Assembly: GCA_964373965.1 (NCBI GenBank)
Contig: CAYJXE010000016.1
Span: 23,328 to 87,327 of the forward strand
Origin: an uncultured Aquabacterium sp.
GTDB lineage: Bacteria > Pseudomonadota > Gammaproteobacteria > Burkholderiales > Burkholderiaceae_C
DNA length: 64,000 nucleotides
Reading direction: 5' to 3'
The number at the start of each line of letters is the position of its first letter. Position 1 is the first letter of the stretch. The translations under genes and the position numbers were made by a program. Below are positions 31,987-42,924 of this stretch, piece after piece. The notes below the pieces were generated by a model. The model saw only the letters and a program-made list of their open reading frames with translations, was not told the DNA's origin and made no database searches.

Positions 31987-32330
31987 AGCAAATCGAAGTC
32001 TCGATCATGGGACAGAGTTACCGCCTGGGCTGCCCGGACGGAGGTGAAGAGCGCCTGCGCGAAGCGGTCTCACAGGTGGATCGCGAGATGTGCGCCATCC
32101 GAGACAGCGGCAAGCTCAAAGCCCGCGAGCGCATCGCCGTGCTGGCCGCGCTGAACCTGGCCTACATCCTGGTCGAGCGCCCGGCAGCCCCCTCGCCCAC
32201 AGCGACAAGCCAAGGGTCCGAGGCCACGGGCGAGGCATCGCCACTGGGCCCCCTGCCCTCGCCCGAGTACGTGGATCAGCTCGTCGCACGCATCGACCAG
32301 GTGCTCGGCCAGGACGGCCACCTGATCTGA
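31983..32330 (+). CDS. zapA: Cell division protein ZapA
   Basis: IEVSIMGQSYRLGCP..LREAVSQVD..ERIAVLAALNLA. Confidence 0.9.
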   Translation: MKQIEVSIMGQSYRLGCPDGGEERLREAVSQVDREMCAIRDSGKLKARERIAVLAALNLAYILVERPAAPSPTATSQGSEATGEASPLGPLPSPEYVDQLVARIDQVLGQDGHLI

Positions 32331-32428
32331 ACTGCGCCCCGCTGATCGTGACAACAGCACCGATTCAAGCGTGCAAAACAGCGGCAAGTGCTTGACCTGA
32401 TCGGTGCGAGTCCACGTAGAATGGGCTC

Positions 32429-32602
32429 GTCCGTCGGGTTCGTGGTTGTTTTTATTTCCTTGAACCGATGCTCTTGGAGCCAGGGCTTGGAACATTGCGC
32501 ACAGGTGCGATCATCTCGCGTCAGATGAACCCGAAGTGCTGCTGACCTCGCCCACCTGAATCCCCCTGGGTTCAGGAATGCGGCAACCAGTTCTCGGCGG
32601 AC
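32429..32602 (+). ncRNA. ssrS: 6S RNA
   Basis: Located after zapA. Terminal stem GTCCGTCG/CGGCGGAC, conserved CCTTGAACC and GGGTTCAGG segments flanking the bubble, about 174 nt. Upstream TTGACC(32392)-19 bp-TAGAAT(32417). Confidence 0.85.
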
Positions 32603-32611
32603 CTCGTCTCC

Positions 32612-32648
32612 ATCGGCCAGACACCGCAAGGGTCTGGCCGATTTCTTT
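32612..32648 (+). terminator. Intrinsic terminator after 6S RNA
   Basis: ATCGGCCAGAC-loop-GTCTGGCCGAT followed by TTCTTT. Confidence 0.75.
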
Positions 32649-32698
32649 GGGCGATCGTTGGGTGGGCAGGCGCGCCCTGGCGACCTGCGCCGCCGCGC

Positions 32699-33700
32699 TC
32701 AGTTGACCGGCGTGAACTGGATGCTGGCCAGCACAATGCGGTTACCGCCCTTGTCGCGGGCGCTGGCCAAGGCGCGGTCTGCGCTGCGCATGAGCTCATC
32801 GACCAGTCCAGCGGTGTGCGGGAAGCTGGCCACGCCCATGCTGACCGTGAACGGGATCTGCTGGCCGTTGTGCGCCACGATGTGCTGGGCGCACTGGCGA
32901 CGCAGTTGCTCCATGCGAGAGTGCGCGGTCGCCAGGCCCACGCCCGACAACAGCACGACAAAACGGTCGCCGCCCAGTCGGCAAGGTGCGTCCATCGCAC
33001 GGGTGCCCGCACGCAGCAGGCGCCCCAGGGCTTCGATGACGCGCTCGCAGCCATCGAGGCCGTGGTTCTGGCGGATCTCGTCGAGGTTGTCGACGGCGAT
33101 GGCAACCAGTGCGAACTCGCGTTGCTCACGGCTGGAGAGGTCGGCCTCGCGGCAAAGCTGCTCTTCGAAGTGGGCGCGGTGATAGAGACCGGACAACGCA
33201 TCGCGCACCTGGCTGCCTTCAACGTCGCGGCGGAGCGTTTCGTTGGTTTTCTGCTGCTGCTCGAGTTGCGCCAGAGCGGTTTGCAGTTGGGCTTCGCGGC
33301 GGCGCGCATCGGTGACGTCCTGCCAGATGGCGACCATGCGAGCCGGGCCATCGGCCTGACCCACCACCTGGCGCCAGGCCAGGAAATCGCGGCGGGTGCC
33401 GCCGATCTCGAGCTTGTGCTCGGCCATCACGCCAGATGGCGTGGCGCGAACCTGTTGTTCGGCTGCACGCAAGGCCATGACGAGGGTGGCGTCGAAGAGC
33501 TCGGCGTCTTGCGCGCCCACCAGGTCGCGGCCTTCCAGGCCCAGCATGCGGGCGGCAGATGCGTTGGCTTGTTCGTAGCGACCGCTGGCCAGGTCCTTGA
33601 CCGTCACGGCCACAGAGAAATGGTCGAGCGAATTCAGAACGGCGCCTTGCAGCGCAGCAACGTCAAGCAAGCCTGGAGCGAGGGATTCGGCCATGGTCAT
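32699..33700 (-). CDS. PAS + coiled coil + degenerate GGDEF domain protein
   Basis: PAS-like N-terminus (VKDLASGRYEQAN..LVGAQDAELF), then a GGDEF fold whose active site reads GGDRF, with RxxD (RAMD) five residues upstream. Confidence 0.82.
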   Translation of the reverse strand: MTMAESLAPGLLDVAALQGAVLNSLDHFSVAVTVKDLASGRYEQANASAARMLGLEGRDLVGAQDAELFDATLVMALRAAEQQVRATPSGVMAEHKLEIGGTRRDFLAWRQVVGQADGPARMVAIWQDVTDARRREAQLQTALAQLEQQQKTNETLRRDVEGSQVRDALSGLYHRAHFEEQLCREADLSSREQREFALVAIAVDNLDEIRQNHGLDGCERVIEALGRLLRAGTRAMDAPCRLGGDRFVVLLSGVGLATAHSRMEQLRRQCAQHIVAHNGQQIPFTVSMGVASFPHTAGLVDELMRSADRALASARDKGGNRIVLASIQFTPVN

Positions 33701-33937
33701 TGGAATTGTGTCATCGGCTTGAGCGCCAGGCGCCCCTGACGTGGAGGAACTGCCACGGCAATGTTCGCCGAATTTGCGCAGCGTGACTGTCCTTCAAACG
33801 AGGGATCGGTCCTGTATTTCCCTGCCATGCAGGACATATGTCACACATTGCTGGCAGGAAACCACGAAGCGGCCATGCGGGACAATACGCGCTTTCCCAC
33901 ATCCGCGGCGCCCCCAAGGTCGCCACAGTTTGCCAGC

Positions 33938-34825
33938 ATGTCACACATCGCGTTGCTCGGATGCGGCCTGATGGGCCAGCCCATGGCCCGCCGCCTGCTT
34001 GCCGCCGGCCACAGCCTCAGCGCCTGGAACCGAACCCGAGCCAAGGCCGAGGCCCTGTTGCCCGATGGCGCCACGGTGGCGTCATCGCCAGCCGAGGCGG
34101 TCGCCCAAGCCGACATCGTCATCGCCATGCTGCAGGACGGCGATGCGGTGCGCGAGGTGCTGTTCGATGCAGGCCCGAGCTCAGCCATCCACACGATGCG
34201 CTCGGGCACCTTGTTCATCGACATGGGCTCGATCCTGCCCGAACAGGCCCGCGATCACGCAGACCGCCTGGGCGCGTCAGGCGTCGACGCCCTGGATGCC
34301 CCCGTGTCGGGCGGCACGCTGGGCGCCGAAGCCGGCACGCTGGCGATCATGGTTGGCGGCCCCGCCGAAGCATTCGAGCGCGCACGCGAGGTGCTGGCGG
34401 TGTTGGGACGGCCGGTGCACGTGGGGCCCACCGGCTCGGGTCAATTGACCAAGCTCGCCAATCAGATGATCGTGGGCATCACCATCGGCGCGGTGGCCGA
34501 GGCGCTGCTGCTGGCCGAACGGGGCGGCGCCGACCCCGCCAAGGTGCGGGAAGCCTTGCGTGGTGGCTTCGCGGAAAGCCGCATCCTCGAGGTGCACGGC
34601 CAGCGCATGGTCGAGGGCGACTTCGCCAAGCGCGGCTCGCTGGCCATCCAGCTCAAAGACCTGCGCAATGCGATGCACACCGCGGCCGGCATGCAGATGG
34701 ACGCGCCCATCACCGCCGCCCTCACCAGCTTGTACGCCCAGGCGGCCGATCACGGCTTCGCCGACCTCGACCAGTCAGGGCTGTACTGCGAACTCAAGCG
34801 ACGCCAAGGCCCTCACGGGCGCTGA
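33938..34825 (+). CDS. NAD(P)-dependent beta-hydroxyacid dehydrogenase (2-hydroxy-3-oxopropionate reductase/HIBADH family)
   Basis: IALLGCGLMGQPM, WNRT, DAPVSGG, GSGQLTKLANQ. Confidence 0.88.
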   Translation: MSHIALLGCGLMGQPMARRLLAAGHSLSAWNRTRAKAEALLPDGATVASSPAEAVAQADIVIAMLQDGDAVREVLFDAGPSSAIHTMRSGTLFIDMGSILPEQARDHADRLGASGVDALDAPVSGGTLGAEAGTLAIMVGGPAEAFERAREVLAVLGRPVHVGPTGSGQLTKLANQMIVGITIGAVAEALLLAERGGADPAKVREALRGGFAESRILEVHGQRMVEGDFAKRGSLAIQLKDLRNAMHTAAGMQMDAPITAALTSLYAQAADHGFADLDQSGLYCELKRRQGPHGR

Positions 34826-36266
34826 CGCGTTCTCGCAAGCGCAACCTCAGGCCCACGGGCACCATGGTCAAGGCCATGTGCTCTTGGGGCGGCAGGCCGT
34901 CCGGTGTGTCGATGCCGACGATGTCGAAGTGCTTGAGGATCATCGCCGCAGCAAGCTTGATCTCCAGCAAGGCCAGGAAGCGCCCGGGGCAAATGCGAGG
35001 CCCGCTGCCGAAGGGCATGGACACCCGCTTGGCGTTGGCAGGCGCCAGCTCGGTGTGCTCGGTGAACCAGCGCTCCGGCATGAAGCTGGCGGCCTGGGGA
35101 AAGATGTCATCGCGCAAGGTGTCGTGGCGCATGAGCAGCAGCACGGGGGTGCGAGCCCGGATGGCGACATCGCCGACCACCGTGTCCTTCAGCGCCTCGA
35201 CCACGTTGAACGGCCCCACCGGCTTGAGGCGCATGCTTTCGTGGATGCAGGCCTCGAGCCAGGTCAGGCGACCGAGGTCGTCGGCCTCCCAGTCGCCCAG
35301 CTCACCGAGTTCGCGATCGACTTCGGCGCGTGCTCGCGCCAGCGCCGTCGGGTGACGCCACAGCAGGTCAAGCATCCACGACAGGCTGGTGGCGGTGGTG
35401 TCCTCACCGGCCAGCAGCATGGTGAACACATTGCCGGCCACGTCTTCGTCGGTCATGCCGCTGTCGGGCTCGTCGGCGGCAACGATCATCGCCTCCAGCA
35501 AGTTGGGCGGCGAGGCGCGTCGCGACGGGTCTTGCAGGCGCACCCGGCCCTCGTCGATGAACCGGCGGATCGCGGCGTTGACCACGCGCATGCTGTCGTC
35601 GAGTGCGCGGTCGGCGGGCAGCCTGACGTGCTGCCAGTAAGGGAAGACCGCGTGCGCACGGCGCCAGATCGCCGGGAAGATCTTGTCGAGGTGCCGCTGG
35701 ATGACGTCGTCGTCCGAGCCCAGGGTGTCGACCTCGGTGCCAAAAGCCAGGCCTGCGATGGCGTCCACTGTGAAGCGCATGAGTTCGGCCTGGAGGTCGA
35801 GGCCAGGCGCCCCCTGCTGCTGCTCGCGGGCGGCCCGCTGCCAGCGTTGCCTCAAGCGGTGGGTCACCCTCAGCAAAGACGGGAAGTAGGCCCTGACCTG
35901 CTGGGGCGCAAAGCTCGCCATCACCATGCGGCGCTGCCGAGACCAGGTCTCGCCTTCGGCCATGAACACGCCATCGGGGATGCCCATTTCGCGCATGATG
36001 GCCTGCATGCGCGAGGGGCGGCGGAAGGTGTCGGGGCGGTCCTTGAGCAGCTGGCCGATCAGCTCGGCGTCGGTGACGACCAGGATCTTGAAGCCACCGA
36101 GTTGCACGCGAAAGAAGGGCCCGTGCTCGTCGGCCCAATCGGCCAGGTTCTGGTGCATGCGGTGCAGGCTGACCTGGAACACGTTGCCGACCACAGGCCA
36201 TGGACGAGGCCCTGGCAGGTCGCGAAGGGTCCGCAAGGCGGGACGCTGAAGGGAAGCGGTGCTCAT
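34794..36266 (-). CDS. Cytochrome P450
   Basis: Pro-rich hinge LPGPRPWPVVGN, I-helix LLAGEDTT, K-helix ESMR, meander FMPERW, heme motif FGSGPRICPG. ATG 36266 chosen, but the ORF is open back to 36362. Confidence 0.93.
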   Translation of the reverse strand: MSTASLQRPALRTLRDLPGPRPWPVVGNVFQVSLHRMHQNLADWADEHGPFFRVQLGGFKILVVTDAELIGQLLKDRPDTFRRPSRMQAIMREMGIPDGVFMAEGETWSRQRRMVMASFAPQQVRAYFPSLLRVTHRLRQRWQRAAREQQQGAPGLDLQAELMRFTVDAIAGLAFGTEVDTLGSDDDVIQRHLDKIFPAIWRRAHAVFPYWQHVRLPADRALDDSMRVVNAAIRRFIDEGRVRLQDPSRRASPPNLLEAMIVAADEPDSGMTDEDVAGNVFTMLLAGEDTTATSLSWMLDLLWRHPTALARARAEVDRELGELGDWEADDLGRLTWLEACIHESMRLKPVGPFNVVEALKDTVVGDVAIRARTPVLLLMRHDTLRDDIFPQAASFMPERWFTEHTELAPANAKRVSMPFGSGPRICPGRFLALLEIKLAAAMILKHFDIVGIDTPDGLPPQEHMALTMVPVGLRLRLRERVSAREGLGVA

Positions 36267-36369
36267 GGGCTGATGTTGCCCGGCCCGCTGCGACCCGTCA
36301 TTGGCAGCGGCCGCCATCCGGTTGACCTCAGGTGCCACCCCAGTCAAGCGGTGCACTACCATGCGAGCC

Positions 36370-37446
36370 GTGAGTGCCGATGCCGTCCCCTTGGGTTTTG
36401 CCGCCAGCTACGCGCGCCTGGTCGCCGACCACGTGCGCGCCCAGGACCTGGACGCCAGCCCCGTGCTGAGGGCGCTTGGCCTGCCCGAGTCGGCCACCAC
36501 CGAGTCTGAAGCCCCGTTGTGGGTGCCTGCCACCCGCCTGAGCGAAGCCCTGAACCTCGCCACCGAGTTGTGCCGGGACCCGCACACACCGTGGAGGATC
36601 GCCCAGCAGGTGCGGCCGGCCAACATGGGCCCGCTGGGCTACACGCTGATCAGCTGCGAGGCGTTCGAGAATGGCCTGGCCCTGTTCGAGCGCCTGCAAA
36701 GCCTGGTCTGCACGCAGTTGCGGTCGGTGCACCGCATCCAGGGTGACCGCCTGGTCAGCCAGCTCGACACCCTTGGCCACGTGCCGAGGGACACTGCCCT
36801 GTGGGTGTTCGCGATGGCTTCGCGCATGGCTTTTGCGCGCTGGGTGTCCGGGCGGCACCTGGTGCTCGACGGCGTCTGGCTGCCCTGCCCTGCGCCGGCT
36901 GACGTCGGGCCGCTGCAGGCCTGGTATGGCTGCCCGATGCATTTCGATGCACCGATGGCCAGCGAGCAGGCGCCTCTGGCCTGGCTGAACCTGCCCAACC
37001 CCCACGCCGACCCGCAGCTGCACCGCTTGATGAGCGCGGTCACCAACCAGCAATGGGCCAGGCTCGGGCAGGACGGCAGCAGGCTGGCCAGCGTGCTGCG
37101 CCAGCACATCACCCACCGCTTGCAATCGGGGCAACTGCCCAGGCTCGAAGACGTGGCGCCCGAGATCGAAGCCGACCTGGGCTTTTCGCCCAGGCAGCTG
37201 CAACGCAGGCTGGCCGATCAATCCCTGAGTTTCAAGGAGCTCGTGGAGGACGTGAGGCGCGACCAGGTGCTGCACGAGTTGCGCCACACCGGCTTGCCGC
37301 TCAGCGAGGTCGCACAGCGGGCCGCCTACGCCGAGCCCAGCTCCATGCACCGCGCCGTCAGGCGCTGGACAGGCCTCACGCCGCTGGCGGTGCGCCAAGG
37401 GCTGTCGCCACACACGGAGCCAGGCGCAGACGCCATCAGTCCTTGA
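36370..37446 (+). CDS. AraC-family transcriptional regulator (arabinose-binding-like N domain)
   Basis: MGPLGYTLISC, PHADPQL, FSPRQLQRRL, LSEVAQRAAYAEPSSMHRAVRRWTGLTP; divergent from the P450. Start is either GTG 36370 or ATG 36361. Confidence 0.88.
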   Translation: MSADAVPLGFAASYARLVADHVRAQDLDASPVLRALGLPESATTESEAPLWVPATRLSEALNLATELCRDPHTPWRIAQQVRPANMGPLGYTLISCEAFENGLALFERLQSLVCTQLRSVHRIQGDRLVSQLDTLGHVPRDTALWVFAMASRMAFARWVSGRHLVLDGVWLPCPAPADVGPLQAWYGCPMHFDAPMASEQAPLAWLNLPNPHADPQLHRLMSAVTNQQWARLGQDGSRLASVLRQHITHRLQSGQLPRLEDVAPEIEADLGFSPRQLQRRLADQSLSFKELVEDVRRDQVLHELRHTGLPLSEVAQRAAYAEPSSMHRAVRRWTGLTPLAVRQGLSPHTEPGADAISP

Positions 37447-38266
37447 ACGTCGGCGTCTGCTTGCTCATGGAGGCCATCATGGCGGCCATCAGGTCCTGCG
37501 ACATCAGCATGGCCGCGTTCCAGCTGGCCATGTACTGCAGGCCGTCGGCGACGCTGTGGTCGCGCGTGTGGTTGAGGATTTCCTTGGTGCCGCGGATGGA
37601 CAGCGGCGACTTGGCCGCGATCTGCAGCGCCAGCTCGTGCACCCCTGCCTGCAAGGCTTCACGCGACTCGAACACGCGGTTGACCAGGCCGATGCGCAGG
37701 GCCTCTTCGGCGTCGACCTTGCGCCCGGTGTAGGCCAGCTCGCGCACCAGGCCCTGGCTGCCGATGATCTTGGGCAGGCGCTGCAGCGTGCCCACGTCGG
37801 CCACCATGCCGATGTCGATTTCCTTGATGGTGAAGTAGGCGTCGGCCGAGCAGTAGCGCATGTCGGCGCAGCTGATCAGGTCCACGCCGCCACCGACGCA
37901 ACCCGAGTGGATGGCGGCCAGCACGGGCTTGCGGCAGCGCTCCAGGCTGGTCAGGGTGTCCTGCAATTCAAGGATCAACTCGCGCAGCTTCTCGCGCATG
38001 CGGCCGTCGCAGTCGTCCTTGATCTGGGCTTGCAGGCCCATCATCATGGTCAGGTCGATGCCGGAGGTGAAGTGCTTGCCTTCGCCTTGCAGCACCACGG
38101 CGCGCACCTCGGGCGTGCGGTCGGCCCACTGCATGGCCGAGCGGATGTCCTGCCACACCTGCCAGTTCATGGCGTTGGCCTTCTCGGGCCGGTTGAGCGA
38201 AACGGTGGCGACCTTGTCGGCCAGGGTCAGGCGGATGGTTTCGAGCGTAGGGGTGGCGTTGGACAT
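37436..38266 (-). CDS. Crotonase/enoyl-CoA hydratase family protein (delta3,5-delta2,4-dienoyl-CoA isomerase-like)
   Basis: LNRPEKANAM, HFTSGIDL, CVGGGVDLISCADMR, KEIDIGMVADVGTLQRLP. Confidence 0.85.
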   Translation of the reverse strand: MSNATPTLETIRLTLADKVATVSLNRPEKANAMNWQVWQDIRSAMQWADRTPEVRAVVLQGEGKHFTSGIDLTMMMGLQAQIKDDCDGRMREKLRELILELQDTLTSLERCRKPVLAAIHSGCVGGGVDLISCADMRYCSADAYFTIKEIDIGMVADVGTLQRLPKIIGSQGLVRELAYTGRKVDAEEALRIGLVNRVFESREALQAGVHELALQIAAKSPLSIRGTKEILNHTRDHSVADGLQYMASWNAAMLMSQDLMAAMMASMSKQTPTFKD

Positions 38267-38323
38267 GGCGGTCTCCGTGTGCCCTTGGGGAAGGGTTGTG
38301 TTGGCGTGCAATGCGACGGGGTT

Positions 38324-38761
38324 TCAGCCCTTGTAGGCCGGCAGGAAGGCGGCCAGGCGGGCGCCCATCTCGGCGCCCAGGGCCTGCAGGCCGTTGAAGG
38401 GGCGCACCATGACTTCGAAGTCGACGATGCGTCCCTGTTCATCGAAGGCGATCATGTCGATGCCCTTGAGCGATTTGTCGCCCACCTTGGCGCTGAACTC
38501 CAGCACGACGTTCAGGCCGTCTTCGCTGGCCAGGGTGCGGTGGTAGGTGAAGTCCTGGAACACCGTCAGCACGGTGCTCAGGATCAGGTTGACGGCGGCC
38601 GCGCTCTGGTAGGGCTTGAAGGCCATGGGCGAGCGAAAGCAGGCGTCGTCGTGCAGGATGCCAGGCAGCTTCGACAGGTCTCGCGCGGCGACCATCTCGT
38701 GCCACGTTTGCAGCGAGGCCTGTACGGCGGGCTTGAGCGTGGCGGGAATCTGGGCACTCAT
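38324..38761 (-). CDS. SnoaL/NTF2-like fold protein
   Basis: LHDDACFRSPMAFKPY..FQDFTYHR..VLEFSAKVG..LKGIDMIAFDEQGRIVDFEVMVRP. Confidence 0.82.
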   Translation of the reverse strand: MSAQIPATLKPAVQASLQTWHEMVAARDLSKLPGILHDDACFRSPMAFKPYQSAAAVNLILSTVLTVFQDFTYHRTLASEDGLNVVLEFSAKVGDKSLKGIDMIAFDEQGRIVDFEVMVRPFNGLQALGAEMGARLAAFLPAYKG

Positions 38762-38874
38762 CGGGTGGGCTCCTTCGATGCGTTTCAAGGAGGCTGCTGC
38801 CACACGTCCCCGTCGTCTTCAGGACGGGCTCAGGACGGTGGCAAACAGCGATTGCGGCCAGGCCGCATGGGCGC

Positions 38875-40965
<2,091 letters not shown>

Positions 40966-40967
40966 CT

Positions 40968-41034
40968 ATGCAACCAGTTGCATGAATGCGGGGCAACTTT
41001 AGACCAATCGCCTCAGCTATGCAACTGGTTGCAT
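40968..41034. promoter_or_regulatory. Two palindromic operators and overlapping divergent sigma70 promoters (fadH / padR)
   Basis: ATGCAAC-CA-GTTGCAT at 40968-40983 and ATGCAAC-TG-GTTGCAT at 41019-41034. The second supplies TTGCAT -35 boxes on both strands (fadH -10 TAAAGT at 41001-40996, 17 bp spacer; padR -10 TAAACT at 41053, 18 bp spacer). Confidence 0.75.
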
Positions 41035-41064
41035 GGTTAGATGCGTCGCGTCTAAACTGCCATC

Positions 41065-41625
41065 ATGTCCCTGGCCCACGCACTGCTGACGTCCCTGACC
41101 GAGAAGGCCTCGTCAGGCTACGACCTCGCCCGCCGCTTTGACAAGTCCATCGGCTACTTCTGGCGGGCCACCCACCAGCAGATCTACCGCGAACTCGCGC
41201 GCATGGAAAAGGCCGGCTGGATCGCCTCCGAGGCCGCCCCGGACGGTGGGCGCACGCGCAAGAAGCTTTACACGGTCCAGCCAGCCGGTCTGGATGAACT
41301 CAAGCGGTGGGCGCGCGAGCCGGCCCCTCCCGTCGAGATGCGCGATGAGCTCATGGTCCGGCTGCGTGCCGACGCTGCCATCGGCCCGTTGGGCATGGAA
41401 GGCGAGATCGAGCGCCGAGGCCAGTTGCACGCGCAAAAGCTGGCGGCCTACCGCGCCATCGAGGCCCGGGACTTCCCGGCTGGCAAACCCTTGTCGCGCG
41501 AAGCCAGGCTTCAGCACCTCATCCTCAAAACCGGGATCATGTACGAGGCCGGCTGGCTGGCTTGGTCCAAGGAAGCCTTGGCTGTGCTGAAAGAAGACGC
41601 CGTGGTCAGCCCGGTCGGCGGTTGA
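41065..41625 (+). CDS. PadR-family transcriptional regulator
   Basis: MSLAHALL..SSGYDLARRFDKSIGYFWRATHQQIYREL..RKKLYTV, plus a C-terminal virulence-activator-like helix. Confidence 0.92.
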   Translation: MSLAHALLTSLTEKASSGYDLARRFDKSIGYFWRATHQQIYRELARMEKAGWIASEAAPDGGRTRKKLYTVQPAGLDELKRWAREPAPPVEMRDELMVRLRADAAIGPLGMEGEIERRGQLHAQKLAAYRAIEARDFPAGKPLSREARLQHLILKTGIMYEAGWLAWSKEALAVLKEDAVVSPVGG

Positions 41626-41682
41626 GGGCACACGCGCGGGCTCAAACGCTTGATGTCACCGCTGCCCCAAATCGGCTGACGC

Positions 41683-42924
41683 TCAGCCGCCCGAGGGTGT
41701 GTGGTCCATCACCAGGCGATCACGCCCGTCGTGCTTGGCCTGATAGAGCGCCCGATCGGCCAGCGCCACCATGGTCGACAGGTCTCGCCCGTCCATGGCA
41801 GGCCGCCCCAACGACACGCCAGCGCTGATCGTCACGACGTCGCGCGTGGGCGAGGCCTCGTGGCGCAACTGCAGCGCGCGCACGGACTGCAACAGCCGAT
41901 CGGCCACCCGGTGGGCGACCACCTCGTCGGTGTGGGGCAAGAGCACGATGAACTCCTCACCGCCCCACCGCGCCAGCGTGCCGTCACCGCTCGCAAGCGT
42001 GTCCTGCAAGGCCTTGGCCACCAGGCGCAGGCATTGATCGCCAGCTGGGTGCCCATGGTGGTCGTTGAAGGCTTTGAAGTGATCGACATCCAGCAGCATC
42101 ACGGCCAGTTGCTCACCGGTTTGATGATGGCGCTGCCAGCATTGCCAGGCCACTTCGTCGAAGCGGCGCCGGTTGGGCACGCCCGTGAGCGCATCCTGAC
42201 GGGACAAGGCCTCCAGCCTGGCCTGCGAGGTCTCCAGTTCGCGCCGCAAAGCCGCCGCCCGCTCCTTGCGCTGAAAGCGCAACCGCTCTTCCGCTTCGGT
42301 GCGAAAGTTCATCGCCAGGGTGTAAAACGCCACCGCCAGCAGGAGCAGGAACATGGGCACTTCGAGTTCAGGGTATGGCGAAGGAGCTCCCTGAGCACCC
42401 CACACCGTCAGCAGGTGCAGGGCGACGATGCAGCCGCAAAAAACCACTGCCAGCTCAAAGCGAAAGCGCATCACCACGGTGCCAAAAACCAGGATGGGCA
42501 GCAAGCCGCAACGGTACATGCCGGCGTAAGGGCTGTCGGTCAGCATCAGCACCGCCACCAGGCACAAGGCTGCAAAAACCCCGCCGAGCATCGCCACCCA
42601 CTCGGTGACGGCCGCAGGCAGCCCCAGCGCAAAATCGCGAAACCGCCACGACACCACCAGGAAGAACAAGGCCACCGGGGTGTAGACCAACAGGCGCAAA
42701 CGCAAGGCCAGTTCGAAGCGATCCGGCACCATCATCCAGTCCGAGAGCAAAAACAGGTTGAAGGCCACCAAAGAAAAGATGCCGCTGATCAGGAAGTGGG
42801 TCTGCCGCGCAGCCTTGCCGTCCTGGACAAAACGGGCTTCTTCGGCAGGCTCGAACCGCAAACGCCCAAAGCGGCGCAAGCCAAGTCCGCTCAACACAGA
42901 CCAAGTGCGTGCAGGACTCGTCAC
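41683..42924 (-). CDS. Membrane-bound diguanylate cyclase (multi-TM sensor + GGDEF)
   Basis: About 6 TMs, DALTGVPNRR, DVDHFKAFNDHHGHPAGD, RWGGEEF. Confidence 0.9.
   Translation of the reverse strand: MTSPARTWSVLSGLGLRRFGRLRFEPAEEARFVQDGKAARQTHFLISGIFSLVAFNLFLLSDWMMVPDRFELALRLRLLVYTPVALFFLVVSWRFRDFALGLPAAVTEWVAMLGGVFAALCLVAVLMLTDSPYAGMYRCGLLPILVFGTVVMRFRFELAVVFCGCIVALHLLTVWGAQGAPSPYPELEVPMFLLLLAVAFYTLAMNFRTEAEERLRFQRKERAAALRRELETSQARLEALSRQDALTGVPNRRRFDEVAWQCWQRHHQTGEQLAVMLLDVDHFKAFNDHHGHPAGDQCLRLVAKALQDTLASGDGTLARWGGEEFIVLLPHTDEVVAHRVADRLLQSVRALQLRHEASPTRDVVTISAGVSLGRPAMDGRDLSTMVALADRALYQAKHDGRDRLVMDHTPSGG

Noticed and set aside
33838-33948. ATGTCACACAT occurring twice, 100 bp apart
   Set aside because: An 11-bp match, one copy being the gene start. 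There is no full CRP-like dyad, so it may be chance.
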